Shown here: positions 9,335 to 17,318 of the stretch, one piece after another
Position numbering within the stretch: position 1 is the stretch's first letter
Layout: each line of letters begins with the position of its first letter
Notes under the pieces: generated by a model
Seen by the model: the letters and a program-made list of their open reading frames with translations, nothing else
Told to the model about the DNA's origin: nothing
Databases searched by the model: none
Assembly: GCA_015062485.1 (NCBI GenBank)
Contig: SUUO01000001.1
Coordinates: 1,691 to 65,690, forward strand
From: Alphaproteobacteria bacterium
GTDB lineage: Bacteria; Pseudomonadota; Alphaproteobacteria; Rs-D84
Direction of reading: 5' to 3'
DNA: 64,000 bases
Position numbers and translations under genes: made by a program

Positions 9335-9363
9335 CGCGAAAAACAATGAAAGGAGTTGAACAA

Positions 9364-9801
9364 ATGAAAAAACTTTTAATATTAACCGCGGTTGGCGCAA
9401 TGCTTGCCGCGCCCGCAATGGCGGTACAAAAATGTGTGGCGTTGGATGCGTCGACCACCACGTGTACATCAACATCGACGATGAGTAAAGCGGATTGGTC
9501 CGCCACGTGTACAACGAATGACACCAGTGTCCCGATTAAGGGAATTGCGATGTGTTCAAATCAGGCGGCGGACGCACAATTTGGCACGTCAGATGTGATA
9601 ACAACGGTAAGCGGCTCATCGGATACGACCAATTTAAATTGCTGGTGTAAAATGGTTGAGCCGGCCGTGTCGTCTTGGGTGTTCGTCATCGCGAGCTCGT
9701 CCGCCGGTTTTTGCGCGAACGTCTGTTCGTACCGCTGTTCGCATTACGCCCAGAACTATTCCGCGTTCCGGTCCGCGCTGTTTGGTTCATTGGCAAATTA
9801 A
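9364..9801 (+). CDS. secreted Cys-rich protein, N-domain type
   Basis: AAAGGAG RBS 8 nt upstream. Signal peptide MKKLLILTAVGAMLAAPAMA. Ten Cys in the mature part. Paralogous to 50763-51215 and to the N-half of 51233-51952. Confidence 0.8.
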   Translation: MKKLLILTAVGAMLAAPAMAVQKCVALDASTTTCTSTSTMSKADWSATCTTNDTSVPIKGIAMCSNQAADAQFGTSDVITTVSGSSDTTNLNCWCKMVEPAVSSWVFVIASSSAGFCANVCSYRCSHYAQNYSAFRSALFGSLAN

Positions 9802-9811
9802 GGGGACGCGA

Positions 9812-10084
9812 ATGAAACGAATAATATTTTTGTTAGCGGGCGCGCCGATTGTGGCGTACGCCACCGCGCCGTCAACGTCGTGTCCGGCGGGTTATATCGC
9901 GATTGATGAGCCGCAAATCACAATTGCAACAAGTTGCCCCAGTGGCACAACCGCCATTGGCACGGCGGAATCGTGTTTGGTGTCATCACCGGCAGGCTCG
10001 TGCATAATGTATGCGCCGGTGGGAATGTCGTACACCGACGACACCGGCACGTATGAATTTACCGATGTGTGCCCAATGTCATAA
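9812..10084 (+). CDS. secreted Cys-rich protein, C-domain type (CPAGY...YEFTDVCPMS)
   Basis: Own signal peptide MKRIIFLLAGAPIVAYA. Matches the C-half of 51233-51952 and the C-terminus of 25814-26710. Confidence 0.75.
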   Translation: MKRIIFLLAGAPIVAYATAPSTSCPAGYIAIDEPQITIATSCPSGTTAIGTAESCLVSSPAGSCIMYAPVGMSYTDDTGTYEFTDVCPMS

Positions 10085-10111
10085 AAAAACCCGCCGTATG
10101 GCGGGTAATTT
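10085..10111. terminator. bidirectional terminator between convergent genes
   Basis: AAAAAAACCCGCC-GTAT-GGCGGGTAATTTTT. Confidence 0.75.
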
Positions 10112-10441
10112 TTATTTCTCGGATGGGGTTTCGGCCGGTGTCTGCGCCGGGGCGGTTGCGCCCTGCTCTATAATTTCCTGGCGCAGGTGACTTTGTTGTG
10201 TTGTCATATCCGTCTTGGCCGCGACCAATGCCAATGCCGCGCACAATATAAAGAACAAGGTCGCCAACCACGCCGTCGCACGGGTCAAGAAATTCCCCGC
10301 CGCCGCGCCCGTCAATGCGCCACCAAACATAGATGCCGCAGATGATCCAGACATCCCAGACCCTTCGGATTTCTGTAACAAAATAATCCCAATCATAAAT
10401 ACCGCGACGATTATCAATAAAACCAGTAAAATTGAAAACAT
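10112..10441 (-). CDS. secG: preprotein translocase subunit SecG
   Basis: Two TM segments and the typical LLQKSEGSG motif. Confidence 0.85.
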   Translation of the reverse strand: MFSILLVLLIIVAVFMIGIILLQKSEGSGMSGSSAASMFGGALTGAAAGNFLTRATAWLATLFFILCAALALVAAKTDMTTQQSHLRQEIIEQGATAPAQTPAETPSEK

Positions 10442-10484
10442 ACTTTATCCTTTGTCTTGTATTGTGTTGATTTTATAGGGCGTT

Positions 10485-11120
10485 TCAAGAAATTGCAAGG
10501 ACTTTCAGCATTTCGTCCGCGGCGGCAATACTGGCCGCTTTTTTAGATTGCCCGCGACCCTCGGTCGTTTTACCCATTGCGGTAACGCGTACAACAAATT
10601 CCGGACAATGCGATTCCCCACGTGGCGTCAGATAATTATATATCGGCAATGCACCGTTATCGTTTTTCTGAACATATTCTTGTAATTTGGTTTTTGGATC
10701 CTTGGGCGCGACAACATTTTCACGTGCCAATTCGGTCCATATTTCTGTTATTACCGCACGCGCGGCACGCCAACCGCTGTCGATAAATATCGCCCCCAGG
10801 ACCGCTTCCATCGCGTCGGCCAAGATATGTTGCAGGCGCCCCCCTGTTAAATGACCGTGACGAATTTGTTTATGCAACCCCAGGCGCATTGCGACATTTG
10901 CCAACGTCTTTGCCGACACCAGCAATGCGTGACGTCGTGCAAGGTGCCCCTCGGGCTCGGTCGGGAACATTTTATACAGTAATTCCGCCACAACCAGGCC
11001 CAACACGCGATCGCCGATAAATTCCAAGCGTTCATTATTATTTGTGGCATCCGCCCCACTTTGGGTCAATGCCAAATCCAACAACAGTTGATTTTTAAAA
11101 GTATAGTTTAATTTTTCCAT
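10485..11120 (-). CDS. rnc: ribonuclease III
   Basis: ERLEFIGDRVL signature and a C-terminal dsRBD (KTKLQEYVQK...). Confidence 0.95.
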   Translation of the reverse strand: MEKLNYTFKNQLLLDLALTQSGADATNNNERLEFIGDRVLGLVVAELLYKMFPTEPEGHLARRHALLVSAKTLANVAMRLGLHKQIRHGHLTGGRLQHILADAMEAVLGAIFIDSGWRAARAVITEIWTELARENVVAPKDPKTKLQEYVQKNDNGALPIYNYLTPRGESHCPEFVVRVTAMGKTTEGRGQSKKAASIAAADEMLKVLAIS

Positions 11121-11121
11121 C

Positions 11122-12075
11122 TTAGTTTACACCCATTCCAAATCGGCCCCAGCGCATTTTGTCGCCCCACGACCATATCGCCAACATTGGCGCATAATAG
11201 TTATGCGAATACCACGTAAACCATACGCGCCCCAGTACATTATCACGCGGAACGAATCCAACGTGCATACGGCTGTCCCCGCTGTTGTCGCGGTTATCGC
11301 CCATAAAGAAGAAATGATTTTCCGGCACGGTATAGACCGGCGTATTATCTGAATAATGTTCATTATCAGATGTTTCAATTATGCTGTGCGTGATGCCGTT
11401 GGGCAATGTTTCGGTGTATTCGGTCATAATAAATATGCCGCACGGAACATCCGATGGTTTCCAGTTCCCCTCGGACACCGGCAGGTTTTCGCCATTTGGT
11501 CCGTCATACAGGTTTATTACACGTTTGTATTGGTTGCTGCACATTGGGCTGTATTGAATTGTATAGTTAAATTCGGCCGGTTTGTTATCAATAAAGATTT
11601 TATTACCATCAATTTCAAATTTGCCATTTTGATATTTGCCGCGCTTTGGTTCGGTTGGCAATGTTGCCCAAACATACGGACGTGGATTTTCGCGTTTAAC
11701 CTGTTCGCCGTTGATGTGCAGGCGTCCGTTTATCATCTGAATCTTGTCGCCGGGTTTGCCAATCAGACGCTTGACATAATCCTGGGATTCATCGACCGGG
11801 TTTCTGAAAACGATAACATCGCCAATTTCTGGTTCCGTTGCCCAGAAACGCCCGTTCCATAATTTCCACGAACCAAATGGAAATGAATAACGCGAATATC
11901 CATACGACCATTTGGTCACAAATATATGATCGCCCACGTGCAATGTCGGAATCATAGAACCGGATGGAATATTAAATGGCTCTAATAACAAACTGCGGAA
12001 AACGATTGCGATTAGTGCCCCATAGAATATTGTATTAAACCATTCACGTGCGACATTTTTACTTTTTGCGGGCAT
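11122..12075 (-). CDS. lepB: signal peptidase I
   Basis: SGSMIPTL catalytic Ser box, GDNRDNSGDSR box, N-terminal TM segment. Confidence 0.9.
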   Translation of the reverse strand: MPAKSKNVAREWFNTIFYGALIAIVFRSLLLEPFNIPSGSMIPTLHVGDHIFVTKWSYGYSRYSFPFGSWKLWNGRFWATEPEIGDVIVFRNPVDESQDYVKRLIGKPGDKIQMINGRLHINGEQVKRENPRPYVWATLPTEPKRGKYQNGKFEIDGNKIFIDNKPAEFNYTIQYSPMCSNQYKRVINLYDGPNGENLPVSEGNWKPSDVPCGIFIMTEYTETLPNGITHSIIETSDNEHYSDNTPVYTVPENHFFFMGDNRDNSGDSRMHVGFVPRDNVLGRVWFTWYSHNYYAPMLAIWSWGDKMRWGRFGMGVN

Positions 12076-12145
12076 TATATATCCTTTCTTGATGTGGGGT
12101 ATTTTAGACCTTGAAATCTATTAAAGCAAGTTATAATATGCGCGT

Positions 12146-13669
12146 ATGATATCATTAAATTCAATAATTTTTAACGGAATGGACGCCACACGCATTGATG
12201 TTCAGGTACAACTGTCCAGTGGCTTTGCAAAATCAGAGTTTAATATTATCGGTCTGGCGGACCGTGCGGTCAAAGAATCCGCCGAACGTATACTGAATGT
12301 GTTGGCGGCACTGAATATTGCGTTGCCACCAAAAAAACTGACGGTGAATTTATCGCCGGCGGACGTTGAAAAAAGTGGTTCGCATTTTGATTTGCCGATA
12401 CTGTGCGGGATTTTATGTGCAATCGGCATTTTACCCGAAGAAAAATTATCGCAATACCTTATCCTGGGCGAGGTTGGCTTAAACGGTGCAATCGTAAAGA
12501 CCGATGCGGTTTTACCCGCGGGGGTATGGGCAAAACGAAATGATTTGGGTTTAATTTGTCCCGGCCCCCAGGGGGGCGAGGCACGCCTGTCTGGGCACGA
12601 TGACATTTTGGCGCCATTTCACGTCTTGGAATTGATAAATCATTTTAATGGCACGTCGCCTTTGGTGATGCCAGATGCTATCTTGGATGCCCGGGATACT
12701 AAACAGCATACAATCGATATGTCTGATGTTCACGGCCAGGCCGCGGCTAAACGTGCGTTGGAAATTGCGGCGGCGGGTGGGCACGCAATGCTTATGGTTG
12801 GTCCCCCGGGGTCGGGCAAAACTATGTTGGCGTCACGATTGCCGACAATTATGCCGGAAATGACCGCCGAAGAAATATTGGAAACATCTATTATTTATTC
12901 TATTGCGGGGCAATTGGATAACAAAAGCCTGATGTCGTCGCGCCCATTCCGCAGTGTTCATCATACGTCCAGTCCGGTCGCCCTGGCCGGGGGCAGTTCA
13001 GATGCCAGACCCGGTGAAATATCCCTGGCGCATAACGGGGTGTTGTTCCTGGACGAATTGCCAGAATTTAATCGGGCGACACTTGAAATTCTGCGCCAGC
13101 CAATGGAAAGCGGCAAAATTTTAATTTCACGTGCACGTCGCAATGCGACATATCCGGCACGCTTTCAACTAATTGCGGCAATGAATCCGTGTCCGTGTGG
13201 ACACCTGGGGAATGCGGCACTGTCGTGTTCGCGCGCCCCGCGCTGTGCCGAGGCATATCAAAATAAAATTTCCGGGCCATTACTGGACCGAATTGATTTA
13301 CACGTTGATGTAGATGCGGTAAATCCGTGGGAAATGAACAAAGACAACGGCACGCCACGTGAAACCAGTGCGCAAATTCGCGCACGTGTCGTTGCCGCAC
13401 GCAACCGACAAATTGCGCGTCAGGGGCACGTTAATGCAACCCTGGACGGGCCAGAACTGGAACAATTTGCACCTTTGACGGATGAATTAACAAATTTCTT
13501 GAACGCCGCCGCAGAAAAAATGGGAATGTCGGCACGTGGATATAATCGTATAAAGCGGCTGGCGCGAACGATTGCGGACCTGCGCGGGGCGACGGATATT
13601 GAAATGTCCGATCTGGCAGAGGCCCTGTCGTATCGGCCGATTAACCGTGGCAAATACGGTGTAAAATAA
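12146..13669 (+). CDS. comM: YifB/ComM family Mg-chelatase-like AAA ATPase
   Basis: Lon-like N-domain, Walker A GPPGSGKT, LFLDELPEF, C-terminal ChlI-like region. Confidence 0.9.
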   Translation: MISLNSIIFNGMDATRIDVQVQLSSGFAKSEFNIIGLADRAVKESAERILNVLAALNIALPPKKLTVNLSPADVEKSGSHFDLPILCGILCAIGILPEEKLSQYLILGEVGLNGAIVKTDAVLPAGVWAKRNDLGLICPGPQGGEARLSGHDDILAPFHVLELINHFNGTSPLVMPDAILDARDTKQHTIDMSDVHGQAAAKRALEIAAAGGHAMLMVGPPGSGKTMLASRLPTIMPEMTAEEILETSIIYSIAGQLDNKSLMSSRPFRSVHHTSSPVALAGGSSDARPGEISLAHNGVLFLDELPEFNRATLEILRQPMESGKILISRARRNATYPARFQLIAAMNPCPCGHLGNAALSCSRAPRCAEAYQNKISGPLLDRIDLHVDVDAVNPWEMNKDNGTPRETSAQIRARVVAARNRQIARQGHVNATLDGPELEQFAPLTDELTNFLNAAAEKMGMSARGYNRIKRLARTIADLRGATDIEMSDLAEALSYRPINRGKYGVK

Positions 13670-13742
13670 GTTCAAAAAAAATCTTTACAACAAAAAAATT
13701 ATTGAATACAATCAAGGCGTCAACAACCAAAGGAAAGGACAA

Positions 13743-14213
13743 ATGGCAGAAAAAACAACAAAAAAAGTTGTAAAGAAAACAACTACTAAGAAGACGGTCG
13801 CAAAAAAGACCCCTGTTAAGAAAACGGCCGCAAAAAAGGCCCCTGAATTAAAGGTTGTCGCGCCGGTCGTGGAAACACACGCGTGTGGATGTGACAAGGG
13901 TTGTCCGTGCGGTGGAAATTGTGAATGCAAAAAGCATCACTGTGGTTTCTGGAAAAAATTCATTGTTGTATTGGTATTTTTTGCACTGGGATTCGCAGCG
14001 GCAAAGGTTATGCCGTGCAAAAAACACGCCAAGATGCCACGTCCACAGTTCGATGATAATGGATGCCTGGTTGTAAAATGCCCAAAGATGGTTGAAATGT
14101 TACCACAAATCGATGTAAATAACGATGGCTGTGTGGATAAGTCTGAATTTAAAGCATTTAAACATAAAATGCGTAAACCGACGCCGGCACCAGAAGCGCC
14201 CGTCGCAGAATAA
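13743..14213 (+). CDS. small chimeric membrane protein (Lys-rich tail, Cys cluster, TM, EF-hand-like loop)
   Basis: AAAGGA RBS. KKxT/KKxA tail, CGCDKGCPCGGNCECKKHHC, hydrophobic segment FIVVLVFFALGFAAA, DVNNDGCVDKSEF. Confidence 0.65.
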   Translation: MAEKTTKKVVKKTTTKKTVAKKTPVKKTAAKKAPELKVVAPVVETHACGCDKGCPCGGNCECKKHHCGFWKKFIVVLVFFALGFAAAKVMPCKKHAKMPRPQFDDNGCLVVKCPKMVEMLPQIDVNNDGCVDKSEFKAFKHKMRKPTPAPEAPVAE

Positions 14214-14216
14214 ATA

Positions 14217-14247
14217 CAAAAAAATCCCCCAATTGGGGGATTTTTTT
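14217..14247. terminator. bidirectional-type terminator
   Basis: AAAAAAATCCCCC-AATT-GGGGGATTTTTTT. Confidence 0.8.
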
Positions 14248-14310
14248 ATTCCATCACGCACGCATCGGTGAATTCATATGTCCCGGTGTCGTCGTTATAC
14301 GATATACCGA
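14246..14310 (-). pseudogene. C-terminal remnant of a Cys-rich family gene
   Basis: The minus frame reads ...TITTLGISYNDDTGTYEFTDACVME-stop. This nearly matches the C-termini SYTDDTGTYEFTDVCPMS (10084) and SYNDGSGAYEFNSMCVME (51952). There is no long upstream ORF. Confidence 0.6.
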
Positions 14311-14337
14311 GTGTTGTAATCGTTTTGATAAATAAAC

Positions 14338-14366
14338 TTGCATATCTGTAAAGAAAATAGTACAAT
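14338..14366 (+). promoter_or_regulatory. sigma70-type promoter upstream of rnj
   Basis: TTGCAT, 17 nt, TACAAT. It leaves a leader of about 175 nt before the ATG at 14547. Confidence 0.5.
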
Positions 14367-14546
14367 CGGTTCCGTCGGTGGAAAAATTCCGACAAAATAA
14401 CCCCCTTTTGTATTTTATCGGCGAATAAAACATCCGGGGGATGGTACGCGACCCCCAGGTTTACTACAAATAAAGATACGTCTTTATTGGCAATAAACTG
14501 CGGGTTGGTCGCGAAAAGGTTAATTATAACAAAGGATTATTTATAA

Positions 14547-16316
14547 ATGGTAAAAGTAAAAGAAAAGAAAAATTTGCCGGCAAAAATTACCGGCAAAACA
14601 AAACACGAAAGTGACAAAAATGATGATAAAATGTACTTTATGGCGTTGGGCGGATTGGAACACATCGGCCAGAATATGTATGTCTATAAGTACCAGGGTA
14701 AATATTTAATCGTTGATTGTGGTATGGGTTTCCTGGAAGAAGAAATCGGTGCCGGCGATGTTCAATACTGTGACACAACGTGGCTTGAAAAACGCCGCAA
14801 AGATGTTGTTGGCTTTGTCATCACACACGGTCACGAAGACCATATTGGCGCATTAAAGTACATTTGGCCAAAATTCAGAAAGCCAATTTACTGCACACGA
14901 TTCCCGGCGGAGATTCTGCGTCGCACATTCCGTGGTATTGAATTAGATTTCAACGAAAAGACGGATATTGTCGAATTTGATCACAATGGTGCGACACTGG
15001 ATTTGGCGCCCTTTACGGTCGAAACGTTCCACGTTACCCATTCCGTGCCAGAGGCACAGATGCTGATTATTTCAACCGATGCGGGTAAAATCTTGCATAC
15101 GGGTGACTGGACATTCAACGACGATATTCCGATTGAGGCGCCAACTGATTTCGCACGTTTGCGCGAAATTGGGTCAGATCCGAAATTATTGGCGTGTATG
15201 TGTGATTCAACAAATTCATCACGCCAGACAAAACAAGTTACCGAAACTCAGGTTCGTGACACGTTAACTGAAATTATGAAAAATGCCCCGGGGCGCGTTA
15301 TTGTGACGGGATATTCACGCAGTCTGGCCCGTATCAAAATGTTTGCAGAGGCCGCACGTGCCGCCGGACGCATTGCCGCAATCAAAGAACGCACAAATCC
15401 AAATCCGGTGCCTTATGTGGGCCTGCCGGAATTTCGTGAAATGGGAATCGAATTTGGATATATCGGCAAAGATGAAGTTTACACCCACGGCGAAATCAAA
15501 GATTTGCCAGCAGAAAAACAGGCAATATTCTTGACCGGGTCCCAGGGTGAAAAATTCGCAATGCTGACGCGTCTGTGCCGTGGCCAGGTAAAAGAAATGA
15601 AACTGATGCCAACCGACACGGTTATATTCAGTTCCATTATCATACCGGGGCGCGAACAAGATGTTTCATTCCTGTACAATAAATTGGCGCGTATGGGGAT
15701 TAAAACGCACACAATCTTTGACACCGATAACCTTCACGCCAGTGGTCACGCCGGCCGTCCAGAATTGGAACGCTTTTATGATATGGTTCACCCCCAAGTA
15801 TCAATTCCAATGCACGGCGACTATATCAACGAAATGCTGAATGGGAAAATGGCGATGGAACGTGGTGGTGCAAAACATATGATGGTTGTGCATAATGGTG
15901 AAATGGTCGCCCTGCGCGATGGCGAAGAACCATATGTTGCCGAAACAATCGAGACATCCTATGTTGTGATGGAGGGTGAAACCGAACGCAGTGCCGACGA
16001 CCAAGTTTATAAGAACCGTCGCAAAATTGCGTCAAACGGTGCGGTATTCGTAACATTGCCGGTTGACAAGCGCGGATTTTTAAAGGGCGTGCCAGAGGTT
16101 TCCAGTGCCGGAATCTTTGAAACCGACACAACCGGATTTATGAAACGTCAGATTCAAATTGAAATCACCAAGGCGATTGACGCATTAAGCAAGGCCGAAC
16201 GCAAGGATCGCGACAATCTGGTCCGTGCGGTCCAAATTGCATCTAACAAGGTTGTGCGTGCATCCCTGGGGGCGGACAAAAAACCGCAATACAGTGTGCA
16301 TTTCATTCAGAAATAA
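14547..16316 (+). CDS. rnj: ribonuclease J
   Basis: Metallo-beta-lactamase HGHEDHIG motif, beta-CASP region, C-terminal domain. Confidence 0.9.
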   Translation: MVKVKEKKNLPAKITGKTKHESDKNDDKMYFMALGGLEHIGQNMYVYKYQGKYLIVDCGMGFLEEEIGAGDVQYCDTTWLEKRRKDVVGFVITHGHEDHIGALKYIWPKFRKPIYCTRFPAEILRRTFRGIELDFNEKTDIVEFDHNGATLDLAPFTVETFHVTHSVPEAQMLIISTDAGKILHTGDWTFNDDIPIEAPTDFARLREIGSDPKLLACMCDSTNSSRQTKQVTETQVRDTLTEIMKNAPGRVIVTGYSRSLARIKMFAEAARAAGRIAAIKERTNPNPVPYVGLPEFREMGIEFGYIGKDEVYTHGEIKDLPAEKQAIFLTGSQGEKFAMLTRLCRGQVKEMKLMPTDTVIFSSIIIPGREQDVSFLYNKLARMGIKTHTIFDTDNLHASGHAGRPELERFYDMVHPQVSIPMHGDYINEMLNGKMAMERGGAKHMMVVHNGEMVALRDGEEPYVAETIETSYVVMEGETERSADDQVYKNRRKIASNGAVFVTLPVDKRGFLKGVPEVSSAGIFETDTTGFMKRQIQIEITKAIDALSKAERKDRDNLVRAVQIASNKVVRASLGADKKPQYSVHFIQK

Positions 16317-16344
16317 AAAATCCCCCAAACGGGGGATTTTTTTT
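16314..16344. terminator. bidirectional terminator (rnj / rlpA)
   Basis: AAAAAATCCCCC-AAAC-GGGGGATTTTTTTT. Confidence 0.8.
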
Positions 16345-17248
16345 AAATGCTGTCGGCGTTGACCCAACGACCGGATTTTAATAAGCCGGGGGCCATACCC
16401 TCATTATTACGCAGGGCATCAATTACACCACGTGCCTGGGTTGCATCCAGGTTGATAATGCGAACCTTGTACATATCGCCCTCGTTAACAACAACCGCAT
16501 CACCGTATGTTTTCATACGATTTGCCAATGTTGTTGCGCTATCTTCGGCATAGAATGCGGCAACCTGTACACTGTAATCGCCGGTAGCAACGGGCGCCGG
16601 TGTTTCAACCGGGGCCGTGGCAACGGCAACCGTCTCGGTTACAACTGGGGCCGCAACAACCGCCGGTTGTGCCGGTGTGTTTGCACCCAGGGTTGCAGCC
16701 TTTACCGCGTTGGATTCATTAACCATAACTTGGACCTGGACCTTGCCCTGGCCGTTCAGACCGATTTTTTGTGCGGCCGCCGGAGACAAGTCCATAATAC
16801 GTGTATTTACAAATGGACCACGATTATTTACACGAACGACAACCGACTGACCATTGTCCAGATTCGTCACACGTGCAATTGTTGGCAATGGTAATGTTTT
16901 GCTGGTCGCCAATAATTGACCCGCGTCAAATGTTTCACCATTGCTAGTCTTGGTGCCATTTAATTCAGTTGGAATGATGCCCGCAACACCCGTCTGGTTA
17001 TAAGACATATCTTCGACCGGGATGTATTGAACATCTTCGACCTTGTACGCGGTGCCAATGTAATATTTTGGGGCCGGCGCCAACAAATACGCATCCGTAT
17101 TCAATGATTGTTCGGCCGCAGGTGCCGCGACCAAGGTTTCTTCGCCAAAGCCATCCGCACCATAACCCGCAGGCTGAGATGTTGTACTTAAATCCGCACA
17201 CGCGGACACCAATGCAGTTAATACCGCCAAGGAAACTATTTTTTTCAT
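16343..17248 (-). CDS. rlpA: septal ring lytic transglycosylase RlpA lipoprotein with SPOR domain
   Basis: Lipobox LVSAC. DPBB core TSNGETFD...ARVTNLDNGQSVVVRVNNRGPF. C-terminal SPOR-like YSVQVAAF... Confidence 0.85.
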   Translation of the reverse strand: MKKIVSLAVLTALVSACADLSTTSQPAGYGADGFGEETLVAAPAAEQSLNTDAYLLAPAPKYYIGTAYKVEDVQYIPVEDMSYNQTGVAGIIPTELNGTKTSNGETFDAGQLLATSKTLPLPTIARVTNLDNGQSVVVRVNNRGPFVNTRIMDLSPAAAQKIGLNGQGKVQVQVMVNESNAVKAATLGANTPAQPAVVAAPVVTETVAVATAPVETPAPVATGDYSVQVAAFYAEDSATTLANRMKTYGDAVVVNEGDMYKVRIINLDATQARGVIDALRNNEGMAPGLLKSGRWVNADSI

Positions 17249-17318
17249 ATTTTGTGACTCCTTACATTCTTTTATGATTGTATTTTATCACAAAACAGGG
17301 ACGTATTCAAATTTATTT

